Shown: positions 1 through 12,498 of the stretch, piece by piece
Layout of the letters: the number at the start of each line of letters is the position of its first letter
Numbering within the stretch: the stretch's first letter is position 1
Assembly: GCA_040954595.2 (NCBI GenBank)
Contig: CM082598.2
Location: 5,657,097-5,721,096 of the forward strand
Origin: Balanoglossus misakiensis
Taxonomy: Eukaryota > Animalia > Hemichordata
DNA length: 64,000 nucleotides
Direction of reading: 5' to 3'
Translations under genes and position numbers: made by a program
The notes under the pieces: generated by a model
Told to the model about the DNA's origin: nothing
Database searches by the model: none
Seen by the model: the letters and a program-made list of their open reading frames with translations, nothing else

Positions 1-1139
1 GAACCTTACAATCCTCTACAAAACAAAACAAACAATATTTTCGTAAGACAAAAAAAACAGTGAGTAGGGATATACAGTGTTCTCCCAGGATCAATTAAAG
101 CATGGTGGCCACCACTCTTTAATTTAGAGAAGACAATAGAACGTAATTAACATGATGATTGACTTTATTGTTATGCAAATTAGCCACTACTCTTTCCCAA
201 CATCCTGGGGAAAACACTGATATAAACTGTTCCACCCACCTACATACATACATACATACATATACTAGTATACATACACATACATAGTTACATACATATA
301 CAAAGTATAAGGTTCGACTGGTCCAATACAAAGTGCTCAATACAAAATTAGAGCACACACATACAGACAGACAGAGCATTGAGTTTGACTGATTCACTGG
401 TTATTCAGCTCAAGCAAAGAAATGTAACACTCACCCATGATGTTTCACAATCAGGTTTTTGGTGAGAATTTCTGAATCACCTTCACTAGTCTCTGGTCTT
501 CATACATGTACTTTAACCTTTTCAGTCAGAAAAAAAAACTGTTGTCAATGATCAATCATCATCCTTCTTCAATAAAGTTTAGATATTAGTTTCAGTTCAA
601 GTTGCCAAGGTCCCAAGTCTTCTACCGATTGTCCCAGGCTTTTGGGGGCTGATAATAAAAGCTGATGCATGATGAATGTAGGGGAGCATTTGTTTTTAAA
701 GGAAGAGGGGGGGGGGGGATTTACGACCCCATGTTACCAGTGTTTTTGCTAAGGTTGGGGAACATTTGGTAAAATGGATTTGGAAACCCCGGTAACATTT
801 CTACAACCCCCTAATATAACTACATTGATACAACCAGGGGAACCCCGGTAAAATGACCGGGGAACTCCGGTAGATTTTACCTAGGTGCCTACAAATTGTA
901 CACAGTAGCACGGGGGTTGTGCGTTGTACACAACTCCCGTGACACTGTGCAATAGTACATCGCTGATATGTACCCGCAGTATGTACGGAAAAGCACCATC
1001 GACATTAGCCCAGGTCTGCGTGCTCTTCCCGGCGTTACATACGCGTCCTACTTCGACAGTGTCTGTGGTTGTTCGTAGTACTCACCATTTCTCGATTTCG
1101 GACAGATACTGTAGTGCATGCACCATGTAAACACGACCG

Positions 1140-2350
1140 GTGATAGACGAACCATGTACACAGTCAGCGTGATCGCTGCGCTGACCTCTGACCCATGACC
1201 ATTCACGTGACGCACACTCAGGGCACTGTCTTGGTTACCCAGACCCCCTTGCTTCTTCCGCTGCACTCTTTTAATTTCTGGAGCGCAGCGGAAGAAACAG
1301 AGGGGTCTGGGTAACCAAACTGGTTATCTGAGGTATACAAGAAACTTGTGTAAACAAGAGACATGTTCAAAGATCTTTGAAAACACAGATGAGAGCGAAA
1401 TAGGTCGATAACACAAGTCGCACTAGATTTCATGAAGTATTTGTAACTAATAGGCCTAACTGTACACTCTGCAATTGCTGAATTTTTACAAAAAGAAAGA
1501 AAAAAATAATCATCGAACTGACTTTGTTATATAACGCTTTGTGTAAATTTGTACTTTAGAGTTGAGTCGATATATGCCGAATTGATGCAGAATCTAACGG
1601 GAAATGGGATGGGAGTACCTCAGGCTACCATTACTACTGTAAGACGCTTTATTTTCGCGATATCCAGAGAGGCCACTGTTTCAATATTCGCGTTCTCTTA
1701 TTTCATTCACTGCATCGTTATCTTCAAAAAAGTTGACAGACGAACCATGTACACAGTCAGCGTGATCGCAGCGCTGACCTCTGACCCATGACCATTCACG
1801 TGACGCACACTCAGGGCACTGTCTTGGTTACCCAGACCCCCTTGCTTCTTCCGCTGCACTCTTTTAATTTCTGGAGCGCAGCGGAAAAAGCAGAGGGGTC
1901 TGGGTAACCAAACTGGTTATCTGAGATATACAAGAAACTTTCGATATGAGTAAACAAGAGACATGTTCAAAGATCTTTGAAAACACAGCTGAGAGCGAAA
2001 TAGGTCGATAACACAAGTCGCACTAGATTTCATGAAGTATTTGTAACTAATAGGCCTAACTGTACACTCTGCAATTGCTGAATTTTTACAAAAAGAAAGA
2101 AAAAATCATCGAACTGACTTTGTTATATAACGCTTGGTGTAAATTGGTACTTTGGAGTAGAGTTGATATGCCGAATTGATGCAGAATCTAACGGGAAATG
2201 GGATGGGGTGGGAGAACCTCAGGCTACCATGACTACTGTAAGGCACTTTATTTTCGCGAATTGAAATTTTCGCTATATCGAGAGAGGCCACTGTTTCGCG
2301 AGTATTAATATTCGTGTTCTCGTATTTCATTCACTGCATCGTTATCTTTA
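1140..2350 (+). repeat. ~600-bp direct tandem duplication containing a ~90-bp hairpin related to the termini of the 49241 MITE
   Basis: 1145-1735 repeats at 1738-2350; TTGGTTACCCAGACCCC...GGGGTCTGGGTAACCAA. Confidence 0.85.
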
Positions 2351-3224
2351 AAAAAAATTACGCAACTTTTTATTTTCACGCTATTATGTCTCTCGCGTAT
2401 TTCGCGAAAATTTATTGTGTTTTACAGCATATACAAAGGAGTGGATTTCAGCTCCTAAAGTCAGGGGTTCCAACACATTTCAGTTCGTTCTACACTAAAG
2501 GAGTTCGTTCCAGAGTGGGGTCCAGCCTGGACTACAGGCCTTGTCCAGTATATCCACGCCCGATCCTTTTTGAAATAAAGTCATATCATTGGCGTTAAAA
2601 CCTACTCCACCCGTGTTTCCGTCTCTTCATCAACCGACATCCCGACCAGACTCTACGCATGTGTCCCACCAATTATTGGGAGACATGGCGCAGGCGTGAA
2701 ATGTGAGGAATAGGCCTACATGAGAAGAGGCCCAACAGGAGTCGGCCAATAGGAGTAATCGGACAGTTCTTGAACTTCTGTATGCATTGTTACTGAGGAA
2801 ATACTTGCCATTTGGGGACAATTTTCTCCCCAAAATCGGCATGATCGGTACATAATGTTACACACACACTGTGTGCGTGCATCCGAGCTAACTCGGTGTG
2901 AAAAATTGTTGATTCTTCAGTAGATATTTTTTCATTATCTACGGTATAATAAATTGCTATCAAATACAAGTTTTAAATATTTCCATACAAAATTCATGTT
3001 TCCGAATAAAACTTTTGCAGAGTTCGTCTATTAAAATATGAAAAGACGTTTTACTTTTACAGTTTTACTTCCCAGTACTAGTCTGTTCCCCCTGTCAATT
3101 TCTACTGATGTTTCAATACGCTGATGCGATTTACTGTGGAGACAAAACGTGAAAAAATCGGTGTGAAAAATGGAATTCGACATTTCCATCTTTTGTGGGG
3201 TCGGCAGTATAATCTAATCATGGC

Positions 3225-4481
3225 CACACCCGTCTACTGTTTGCTGTGACATAAATTCAACACCCGGCGTGCCCAGTACATTCCACCACGACTGTTTTCT
3301 CGGTCGTTTTCCCGGGCGGTGATGTGACTCTGCCGGCCCGCCAAGGGCTCGGAGAACATCACGGGGGTGGCAACGTACGTGATAGCCGATGTCACAGCAA
3401 ACTGTACAGTTTATGAACAACTGTGTCTGCAAGTTGAGAACGACGTGGAGTGTGACGATGCCCGGCAGAAGATTGTGTGCCCCCTGACCACTCCGGAAAC
3501 CATCACCACCCCTAGTGAGTTGTATCCTTTTTGAACAAAAATCGAGCTTGTGGTCTTGTTTGAGATTATTTTTTTTAAATGACGCTGAAAAAATATAACT
3601 TGATGCGAAATTGTGGTTTGTTTGGAACGTCAACTCTGATGCGTACATCAAGACACGATTTTCTTTTCTATATATAAAGAAAGCTGATATATTCCATACA
3701 GTGTAACGTAAGGAACATCCAGAATTATTCAGGTTGAAAATGGACAATTGCGCATGCGTTATATGATTTCGGATTTTAATTCATCTGTCAATCATAGTAA
3801 TCTGTTTGCACTGCGCATGTGTTGAGATGCAGCACGTTTTTTGAAGAGGGGTCAATGAATAGATGACTTTCCACTCGTTGTGAGATCTCACGTGACTTGG
3901 TTCATTACCGTGGCAACGGGTTGCTAGCTAAGTTATACAAGTTAAGCTTTGTATGAAACTAGAATAGCTGCAGAGTACAGTTGAACAAAAATTGTAACTT
4001 TTGAGCCGTTTAACATGTTGTAACCTGTTTCACGTGAAAATGTTCTTTCATACATGATATCTACCCACGCGAGATCTCGTAGGGTCTCGTGGAGTTCGAA
4101 AATGGTCTATTGTGGTTAATGTACTGGGTGACCTGAAGTCCCTCGGCCCACTATATCCTCGTGCACTCCACCTATTCCTCGATAATATAAACCCTTTACA
4201 AATAAGTCTAGAAATTGTAGACAGCATCACGTTAACGGCTCAGCTAGTCTTTTATGAATGCGTATTGGTAAAGTGACCCCCCCCCCCCTCTAAAGGTCAA
4301 TTCGTGCCCAGGTGTTTGTTTTCTTACTTTGGCGTGACGATGACATATTATTCCTGTTCTTTTATTTCCTTTAGAACCAAGCAGCGCTGGCACTGCGCAT
4401 GTGCATATTGGTGCTATTGTTGCCATGGTGATATCACTTCTGGTGGTTGGCATCAACGGTAACGTGAAGTGGACGATGTAA
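3225..4481 (+). pseudogene. Possible remnant of a cell-surface protein gene: Cys-containing exon plus hydrophobic-tail exon
   Basis: 3352-3514 reads ENITGVATYVIADVTANCTVYEQLCLQVENDVECDD..TTPETITTP with a phase-1 GTGAGT donor. It is compatible with an acceptor at 4376 giving PSSAGTAHVHIGAIVAMVISLLVVGINGNVKWTM*. The frame is broken upstream of ~3325. Confidence 0.3.
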
Positions 4482-5863
4482 CAAACAAGCGTCTACAGTT
4501 TTGGATTGAAATTTATATAATTAGGTGTTTCACAAATCTTCAATATTTCTTTATACACACAATCCAGAAAACCTGAACCGCACATAAGTATTGTAATATA
4601 ATTGCTGTACCAAAAACAATGTTACCCAAGCGAACTCTCTCATTTTCGTACCCATGGACGATTGTTCAAAAACGTCACGGAGAAAAGAACGACATATTTG
4701 TGTACTCTTTTTATGGAACCCGATTAAATGGGTGTGGCACCTGTTTAATATATCACTTGTTCAAATTGCAACATACAGCCAGAATCAGGCGTTGATAAGA
4801 TGTCCATGCATATATATATCAGTAAGCTTATTTAGATGGACCAATCTAAAATGGAAAGTAAAATCATGAATATAATGCAAACATTGGCAGCTCTGGGCTT
4901 TTTGTCCAAATTTTCGTTCAGAGAATAGTCGTTTGTTCATGGCTCTACATCGATGCCGGTTCTGGCGTTTTCTGTTTGATTGACACAACTAGTCCGCCCC
5001 CCCCCCCGGGGGCAGTTGTGTTATGGATAGGATAGGGTCAGTCGGTTTGAATAGACCCCCCCCCCCCCTAGGCTATAGGTTAGAGCTGGGAGAGGACACT
5101 CTACCGACCGAACCCAACCCCTCTACAATTATTGCCGCTAATCGGATTCAAATCAAATGCAAGGATTAGTCAGTCCATCCTCTCCTCTTTGTCTCGTACT
5201 TTTCGTCAGCCGCGGTTAGGAAAGCGAAATTTAGATAGAGGACACACGACGAACTCGGTACGAGGGAAAAAAAACAATCACAAAACTATAGGCTATACCG
5301 CTGCGTAACATCTACATAAATGCCCAGTTTTCGTTATTACAGTGACTGTATTTCGATATATATATATTTCGTTTACATAAACAGATATTTCGCCAGATTT
5401 GTACACGTTTTCTCTACCTTGAAACATTTCTTTTCACAGTAAGGCTATCGATTGTATGCAAAATCAGAATTGTCAATGAAGGTTGTTTGTGTGTGATTGT
5501 TTTTATGGCAATAAAGACTACTTTAGTGATTGTACGTTTGAAGGCTGTGTACGTTTTATAGTGTGGTTGAATAGTAGTAGTAATAGCTAAATTCGGAGCC
5601 CCTGCCACAAGATGTTTGAGATTTCGGTCTCAGCGAGCATCAATCGATGGAACTTTGGATATCATAAAGGACAAAATTGCGAGGTGGATAAAACGGGGAA
5701 AACCAAGACAGTTTGCTTATTACAGTCGCATCGATGACCCATATTAGGAGTTGCTTATTAGCATAAAAATTAACATATCATTAATATGTAGAACACGATC
5801 TGACCAATGACGTGACGCGCCCGGAAAGCCGCGCCTCTCACCCATTTCCCCTCCCTTTGTTAA

Positions 5864-6276
5864 GGATGTACGTTCAGTAAAATTGAAAGTATTGTCATTT
5901 TTTTTAATTGTGGATTTTTGGATTCTCCTTTGTATGTATAATGAAAATCCGTAATAAAATATAGGGGTCACCGCGCTTGTTTTTGAAATACAGAGCCATG
6001 AATTTAGCCGATAATAGAAGAAAACTGATGACTCAGCATTTTTCACCAATGGTTTGTCTATGGGCAAAATTTTTGACGCAATTTATCTCAAAATAGAGCG
6101 CGGTGACCCCTATATTTTATTTGACCAATGAATTTATATTTGCTGGATTGAGCTATGTGTAAAATTTCGTGAAAATGACAATAGTAGAAGTTTGTTTTCT
6201 AGCAATTTTCAATGTAATCCTATGGGAAAAAGACCGGGCGCGCACTGTTTCTGGTTTATGTTCTGCGCGTACATCC
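5864..6276. mobile_element. Non-autonomous DNA transposon with TTAA flanks (Kolobok-like)
   Basis: TTAA-GGATGTACG...CGTACATCC-TTAA. Confidence 0.6.
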
Positions 6277-7034
6277 TTAAGAAAATCACGACCTTTTCTT
6301 TTCAAATGTAAATTTTGGGGTCAAATACGCCGTTTGGGGATATCCCGTCAATTAAAAACAAGAAAGTACGAGTCAAACTTGCTACCGGGTCAATAAGAAA
6401 CTTTACTTTAGGCTACTGCTTTGAGTACTGGACCTATACTCTTGATGTGACTTTTACGCTTTGATGGTACAGATTTACTCTTTTGACTTTAAGCTCTGGA
6501 ACTGCCCCGCATGTATTGAATTTGTGTACTCTTCCAGAACAAAACTGTGGCCTTAGGCCTACGTCTTGGCAATTTATTGGTAGGCCTACATGTTTTGATT
6601 CTAGAACAGTTCACCATTATATACGCATTGAAGTTGTGCACTCTAAGTCATCCTGGAACAATAAAACTGAATTTTGTCTGGTACAAAAGAGTGTTGTTGT
6701 ATTGTTGAATGGTGTATGATGTCATAAACAATAAATCACCAAGATATTAGGTCACTCAGAGGTCACTGTACAGGTATACCGCAGACATTACTGACTTCAC
6801 CGCTGGCGGCGCCCTAAAACATCCATTTCAAGCGATTTTGTGCTATTTTCGTTTCGCCACATTAGAACTTCTTCCATTTTCTTCAGAACTATGATCAACG
6901 AAAAACTAACGAGACTGAGCTGTAAGAGCAAATATGGTGTCCTATATTATTTTCTCATATGACCACAGAAGAATGCACGTGAGCTATCAATGTCGTCCGA
7001 TGACACTTTGTAGTTCCTATCCATGTACTACAAA

Positions 7035-7373
7035 TCGCGCCATTGGCTAACATTCGCGCGTGTTGATCAAGAAATGTTTATTATCCAATCAACGCTTGTT
7101 TTACATAACACTTCCGGATTAGCAGTGTGGGATGGATTTTGGAAGGATAGAAATCAGCCAGGATGTGCCTATCCTACATTTTCGTAGTTTTTGATAAAAA
7201 ATCAGCACAATACACCCGTGCGCTGGATATCACTTAACACCAGGAATTATTTGTGTGCCTTTATTGACATTTTTGGGACTTGGACTTGTGACACGCCACA
7301 CCACACTTGGATTTGTTGGATGGAGAAGATTCGCTGGATTTCTACAACTAAAAGAACCTAGAACAGAAAGCAG
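7035..7373 (+). promoter_or_regulatory. Putative ROCO promoter and non-coding first exon (duplicate at ~37020-37358)
   Basis: ATTGG and CCAAT boxes, ETS-type ACTTCCGG at ~7110, strong donor CAG/GTAAG at 7373. Assignment to the ROCO gene is inferred. Confidence 0.4.
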
Positions 7374-8562
7374 GTAAGATTCTCTGGACTGGCTGGGACA
7401 ACTGGCCTTTTACCTGCGCTGTAATTGCACGTGCGCCCACCAAAACTTTCTAAAACTTGGAAGTTAATGTAGAGTAAGATTCTGACGTGAAACTGTCGTC
7501 GGTTGCTCAACTAATATTGGCGGAATCTTGCAAAATGTAAGTCAAACGACTCTTCTGTACATTTTTGTCTCACTGTGCACGTGACCACCACAGCACGTCT
7601 AGAAAACTGAGCTTGCAATCGACTTAAAAAGGAAATACAAAATCCCTGTAAGGTGTAATTATAGTGTGTTGTCTAATGTACTAGAATGTTGTTCAAATAA
7701 AACTGAAGACGCGTTGCGTTCACTGTTAAAACTGACAGTGAAACGTGCATCTGTTTGTCGCAAAAGTTTACTCAAAATTTGCATGAAATATACAAACAAG
7801 AAAACAAACCTGCGTAGTGGGCGCGGGCCTAGCCTAGCAACGCGTTATCAAACGGCGATTTCGCTGCATTAAAATATCAAAACTTACCGAAATGTAGCGG
7901 AAAGGGCTTGATATATATGTATTCTAAGATACGGTGCGTGAAAATTTTAAGTTTCGAAAGGCAAACTTCGCGTAACGGCAAGTTTTCGGCGGCAAATGAT
8001 TGTACTGGTCAATTTCCTAAACGGTGAAGTCAATCTCAAAGTCAACGAATGTGTAGTGACGGTTTTCGCATTGGACGTATGAACCCGGAGTGACGATTTC
8101 AATCCACCGGATGCGTGAAAGTGTTTTTTTACGAGAACAGCTGTTGTTTCCATCTAATCTTCTTTCCACTTGATTAATGATTTTAAGAGAGGATGAGGGC
8201 GATCTTTGTACTTATAATATAAGGGTGTTTTAGCAGTGTTGGCCACAGATGCTTTCATTATAAATTGTATGCTTGGATCAACAGTAAATGTTATCAGGGT
8301 TACCTAGACATTTTGCCAGATTTCTCCTTGATATAGCAATGCATTTCTAATAGATGTATAGCAGAAATTAATGTTCCTAAATTATAGTGTTCCAAAACTA
8401 AGCAAAAACATTGAAATTATATTTCAGAGGCCGGCAACTGCATGGTAAACTGTAGTGATGTTAATAAATCCTTTAACAAATGAAAGAGACATGCAGCAAC
8501 GATTGCAAGCAACAAGACATGCTCTCTCAAGACAAGACTGGCACACTTTCCCTAAAAGGTAA

Positions 8563-9368
8563 GGCTGCATTCACAAACACCTCTGGAGGGGGGGGCAGGA
8601 GAATTGAGGGGGGGGATTTGAAAAAATTGAGGGTATGTGAGGGGGGGGATTTGAAATAATTTAGGGACTGAAAGGGGGGGACTTGAAAACTTTAACGACT
8701 AAATATTTATTTTGAGTCCACAAAAATGCAGTTTCGCGCCCTTTATTTTACAACATTTTCTAATGTGGGAAGGGGACACCCCCTCCCACACCCACCCCCT
8801 CCAATCATCAACACCTTTCAATCATTGACTGGTTTATCTAGTGTCCCAGGTCAGGGGACTTGCCCCACCCCATGATAACTTTGAGCCCCGACGGTTAAAT
8901 TTGTCCTCCCCAACATACCGGTAGTTGAGTTAATTTGCTTTTGCCGGGTTCATTAAAATGCAGCTTTGAGCTCTGTATTTTAGAAAATTTTCTTACGTGG
9001 GAGGGGGACACCCCCTCCCAAACCCACCCCCTTCAATTCTCGGTTTACAAAGTCTCCCAACACAGAATACAAATATATGTACTTAAAAAATAAAAACTAT
9101 GTTCAGTTTTAATACCCACTGATGAGGGGAAACATCAGTTTCAAATGCTTTTCATGGGAGCGCTGTTTTTCTTTTTACAAGATAGATAGGTGATGTGTTT
9201 TGCTCTGTGAAAGAAAATGGGAGGGGGGGGGGGATTTCAAAATTTTGGCAGTTCGGAAGGGGGGGATTTGAAAATATTGGCAGTTCGGAAGGGGGGCATG
9301 TGAAAATTAGCGGTAAAAAAAATTGAATTCTCCCGCCCCCCCCTCCAGAGGTGTTTGTGAATGCAGCC
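8563..9368. mobile_element. PIF/Harbinger-type MITE
   Basis: TIR GGCTGCATTCACAAACACCTCTGGAGGGGG, TAA target duplication, empty site at ~38552 in unit 2. Confidence 0.85.
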
Positions 9369-9892
9369 TAAAAACGGACTTTTTTTGTTACCCTTTGATC
9401 TCACTACAACAAGATTACAGTAAGGGAATCCAAAACATACTTTGGAATACATAAATTAAGATTTATCATTGTTATTAATAAGGTTAAGTGAATGACATTG
9501 TTTTGGATGTCTATGTGCACCTGTATTTATGTTCCCCCCCCCCCCCCCCCCCCCCCGCCCAATATATTTAAACAAAGTGGCCACATGAGGGCAGTATTCA
9601 CTCCAAGATTTACTGTACACTGTTTTCTTTGACCAATAGTAACTGTTAGTTGTGCACCATACTTCTGTAATTCATATGAATAAAGAATAATGCATGAATT
9701 TTGCCAGAGAAGAATATTGTGATACACAGTCACTATGAGTCATTTTAGGCCACACTGACAATTGAACAACTGTGGAAATTAATTGCTCTACCAAACACAG
9801 TTATCACAAGCCATTTTCACTGATTCTAGGCCACATTGGCAAGCTACTAGTAATGACTATTAAAATTATTTTCAATTTTCTTTTGTTCACAG

Positions 9893-10118
9893 GGTTGTGA
9901 TCATATGCTAATCTGGAGGAGTTTTTGCTTCAGTAAACTCCGGCAAAGTTGTGGTGTTGTGAAGTTACCCTGGGATTTATTCACTTCTCAGTGATGCCAC
10001 TGTCTGATTCTGTATGTTTGAAAATCTGGCTGGTGAACCAGAACTTAAAGCTGTCCTGATCTGTTTAGTGTGTGAAGATCTGGAATGGAGTCTGGTTGTC
10101 TACAGGAAAGTTATAAAA
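9893..10118 (+). other. Putative 5'UTR exon of the ROCO genes (copies at 39103-39321 and 58697-58923)
   Basis: ttcacag acceptor and AAA/GTAAGT donor are conserved in all three units; frame-breaking indels between copies argue that it is non-coding. Confidence 0.45.
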
Positions 10119-10848
10119 GTAAGTCCAAGCTATTTACTGTAGATGAGTTTAATTTGTAGGTATACACACGCAAGCCTGCACGCTCGCTCGCTCGCTCGCT
10201 CACTCACTCACTCACTCACTCACTCATTCATTCAATCATTCATTCATTCATTCATTCAATCAATCATTCATTCATTCATTCATACACATATGTGGCAAAT
10301 AAAAGCTGTAAAGATCAAAATGACAGTTATTGATTGTCGGTTAAAACCAACACTGTTGCCATGGAACAACAAAACTATCGGCACACACATGAAATTTGGG
10401 GGGAAAAACAATTTAGATTTATTCAAATTTTGAAAGATTGGTCTGGACTGGTAATGGCACTCGGTAGCGGTACAGAATGCACTATTGGCCTATCCCCGAT
10501 TCTTGACTGGATAGCGCTTGGAGTGCGAGAGTAAGCTGTGACCTCGAATGACCCCTCCAAGGGTAGTTTCCTGTCTTGATTCTACCACTGGCGGTGCTGT
10601 GCTGCAGAACAGCATACGAGTCAATCACTTTTAGTATGCAGATAATGTCTCTGAACATAATTTTAAAGTCACTCACAGGACCCGAACTGTAACCAAGCAA
10701 ACAAACATTTAGGAAATGTGAAGTATAGTAAGACAAAGAAAAAGACTGAATTAATAAGATAACATTATGAAAATGCAAAGCCCCCCCTAAAACAACAACA
10801 ACAACAAACAAACAAACAAACAAAACAACAACAAACAACCCCCCCCCC

Positions 10849-10896
<48 letters not shown>

Positions 10897-11019
10897 AACA
10901 ACAACAACTTCATGCCCTATGAAATTGAAAGACCAGTGAAAATTTAGTGGTATATACATGTAAATTTTAATATTGATTCACAACAAGTCTTACTTTTGGT
11001 CACGTCAACTTTTATATGC

Positions 11020-11830
11020 ACATTAATCAAATGTACGGCTTTGGTCCAAAAAACAAACATGTTCCAACACATCTTGCTTATTTTTAAGTCACCGCATTTG
11101 TGTGTTACCAGGAGGCAATGGTATGCTAATAGTCAGAGTATTGTGGCCAAAGTGGAATGTACCTGTTCTCCTTGATAAGGGCTCCACAGCCAAATTAAAT
11201 TCTCAAGCTGTTTTCTAGCCGAACATGCTCGTTAAATAATAAAATGCATGGCTTGGTTCAAAACAAATTTGTTCCAACACATCTGGCCTAACTATAACTG
11301 TCGTTATATTTCTGTGTTACCAAGAGGCAATGGTATGCTTAGTCAGAGTATTGTGGTCAAAGTGGAACGTAGTACCTGTTCTCCTTGATAGGGGCTCCAC
11401 AGCCAAATAAAATTCTCAAGCTGTTTTCTAGCCGAACGTGAAAATTAAGCCATAAAACATTGATCAGAAAAAGAAAGTTCTCCAGGTAAAACAACGCTTG
11501 AAAAAAAGTCTTAGATTTAGTGTGTTTATTTGTGTCCATGGCATACAGAAAGTTTGCAACCTGAGTTTGAATTAAATGTGCAGCTCCTCAGAATAAACTC
11601 CCCAATCGTAATCATTAATCATCGTGTTACCACTACTTACTGGAGTTTTTATTATATGCTCATTAAATAATAAAATGCATGGCTTGGTCCAAAACAAACT
11701 TGTTCCAACACATCTTGCTTAACTTTCGGTCACCGCATTTGTGTGTTACCAGGAGGCAATGGTATCCTTGGTCAGTGTATTTCGGCCAAAGTGGAACGTA
11801 CCTGTCCTCTCTGATAAAGGCTCCACAGCT
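11020..11830 (+). repeat. Three diverged ~200-bp direct repeats
   Basis: Recurrent (g)gcttggtccaaaacaaa...gttccaacacatct...gggctccacagc. Confidence 0.7.
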
Positions 11831-12498
11831 TGAGAGTGAGAGAGAGAGAAACAGTATAAATTTCAACTTGTTAACATTCTTATACCGAGGAAGGAGTACA
11901 CGTCTACTTGAGAATTTGCATTGAGATTTTATTTTAAAATCTGGTTGTACTTATTAGTACCTGGTTTGATGGAGTAGAAAATTTTCACCAGAAAAGGACG
12001 TACAGTACGCTGGTAAAACAGTGATGGTGGAGTTGATAATGTTTATCAAGCAAACACAGTAACACTATAATGATTATTGTTTTTCTAGTTTATCATGGTA
12101 TTTTAGATGTCATTTTTTCAAATAAGATTTCTCTGTATTCACTTATTTTTTCATGCTACATTCCATTAATTTATTGTGTGTATCGTCAAAATTTTTAGGG
12201 CCGCGTGCAAAAAATTCCTCAGGCTGCAAAATTGGGTCTATTGGAACACTTTATGTGACATATCCCACCATGATTTTGATGAATAGCCGATCATATATTC
12301 TGACTTTCTTTGTAGTGTATAAGCAGTGTATTTACTTACAGTGTTTTTATGACTTTTTTACAGTCACTCAAGTCTCTCTTCAAAATCACATGATTATAGC
12401 CAGAAGACGCCGTCTCAGAACCAAGTAACAGTTGTTGGACTCGAGACCACCGCAAAAGTTGGTGGGTTTTAGAGCTTTTGGTGTGTTTCAGCTGCATG

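Noticed and set aside
3214-3747. 177-aa minus-strand ORF
   Set aside because: No recognisable domain; splice signals favour a + strand exon relic instead.
10482-10959. Poly-Phe hydrophobic ORFs
   Set aside because: Produced by an A-run and (CAA/CAAA)n simple repeats.
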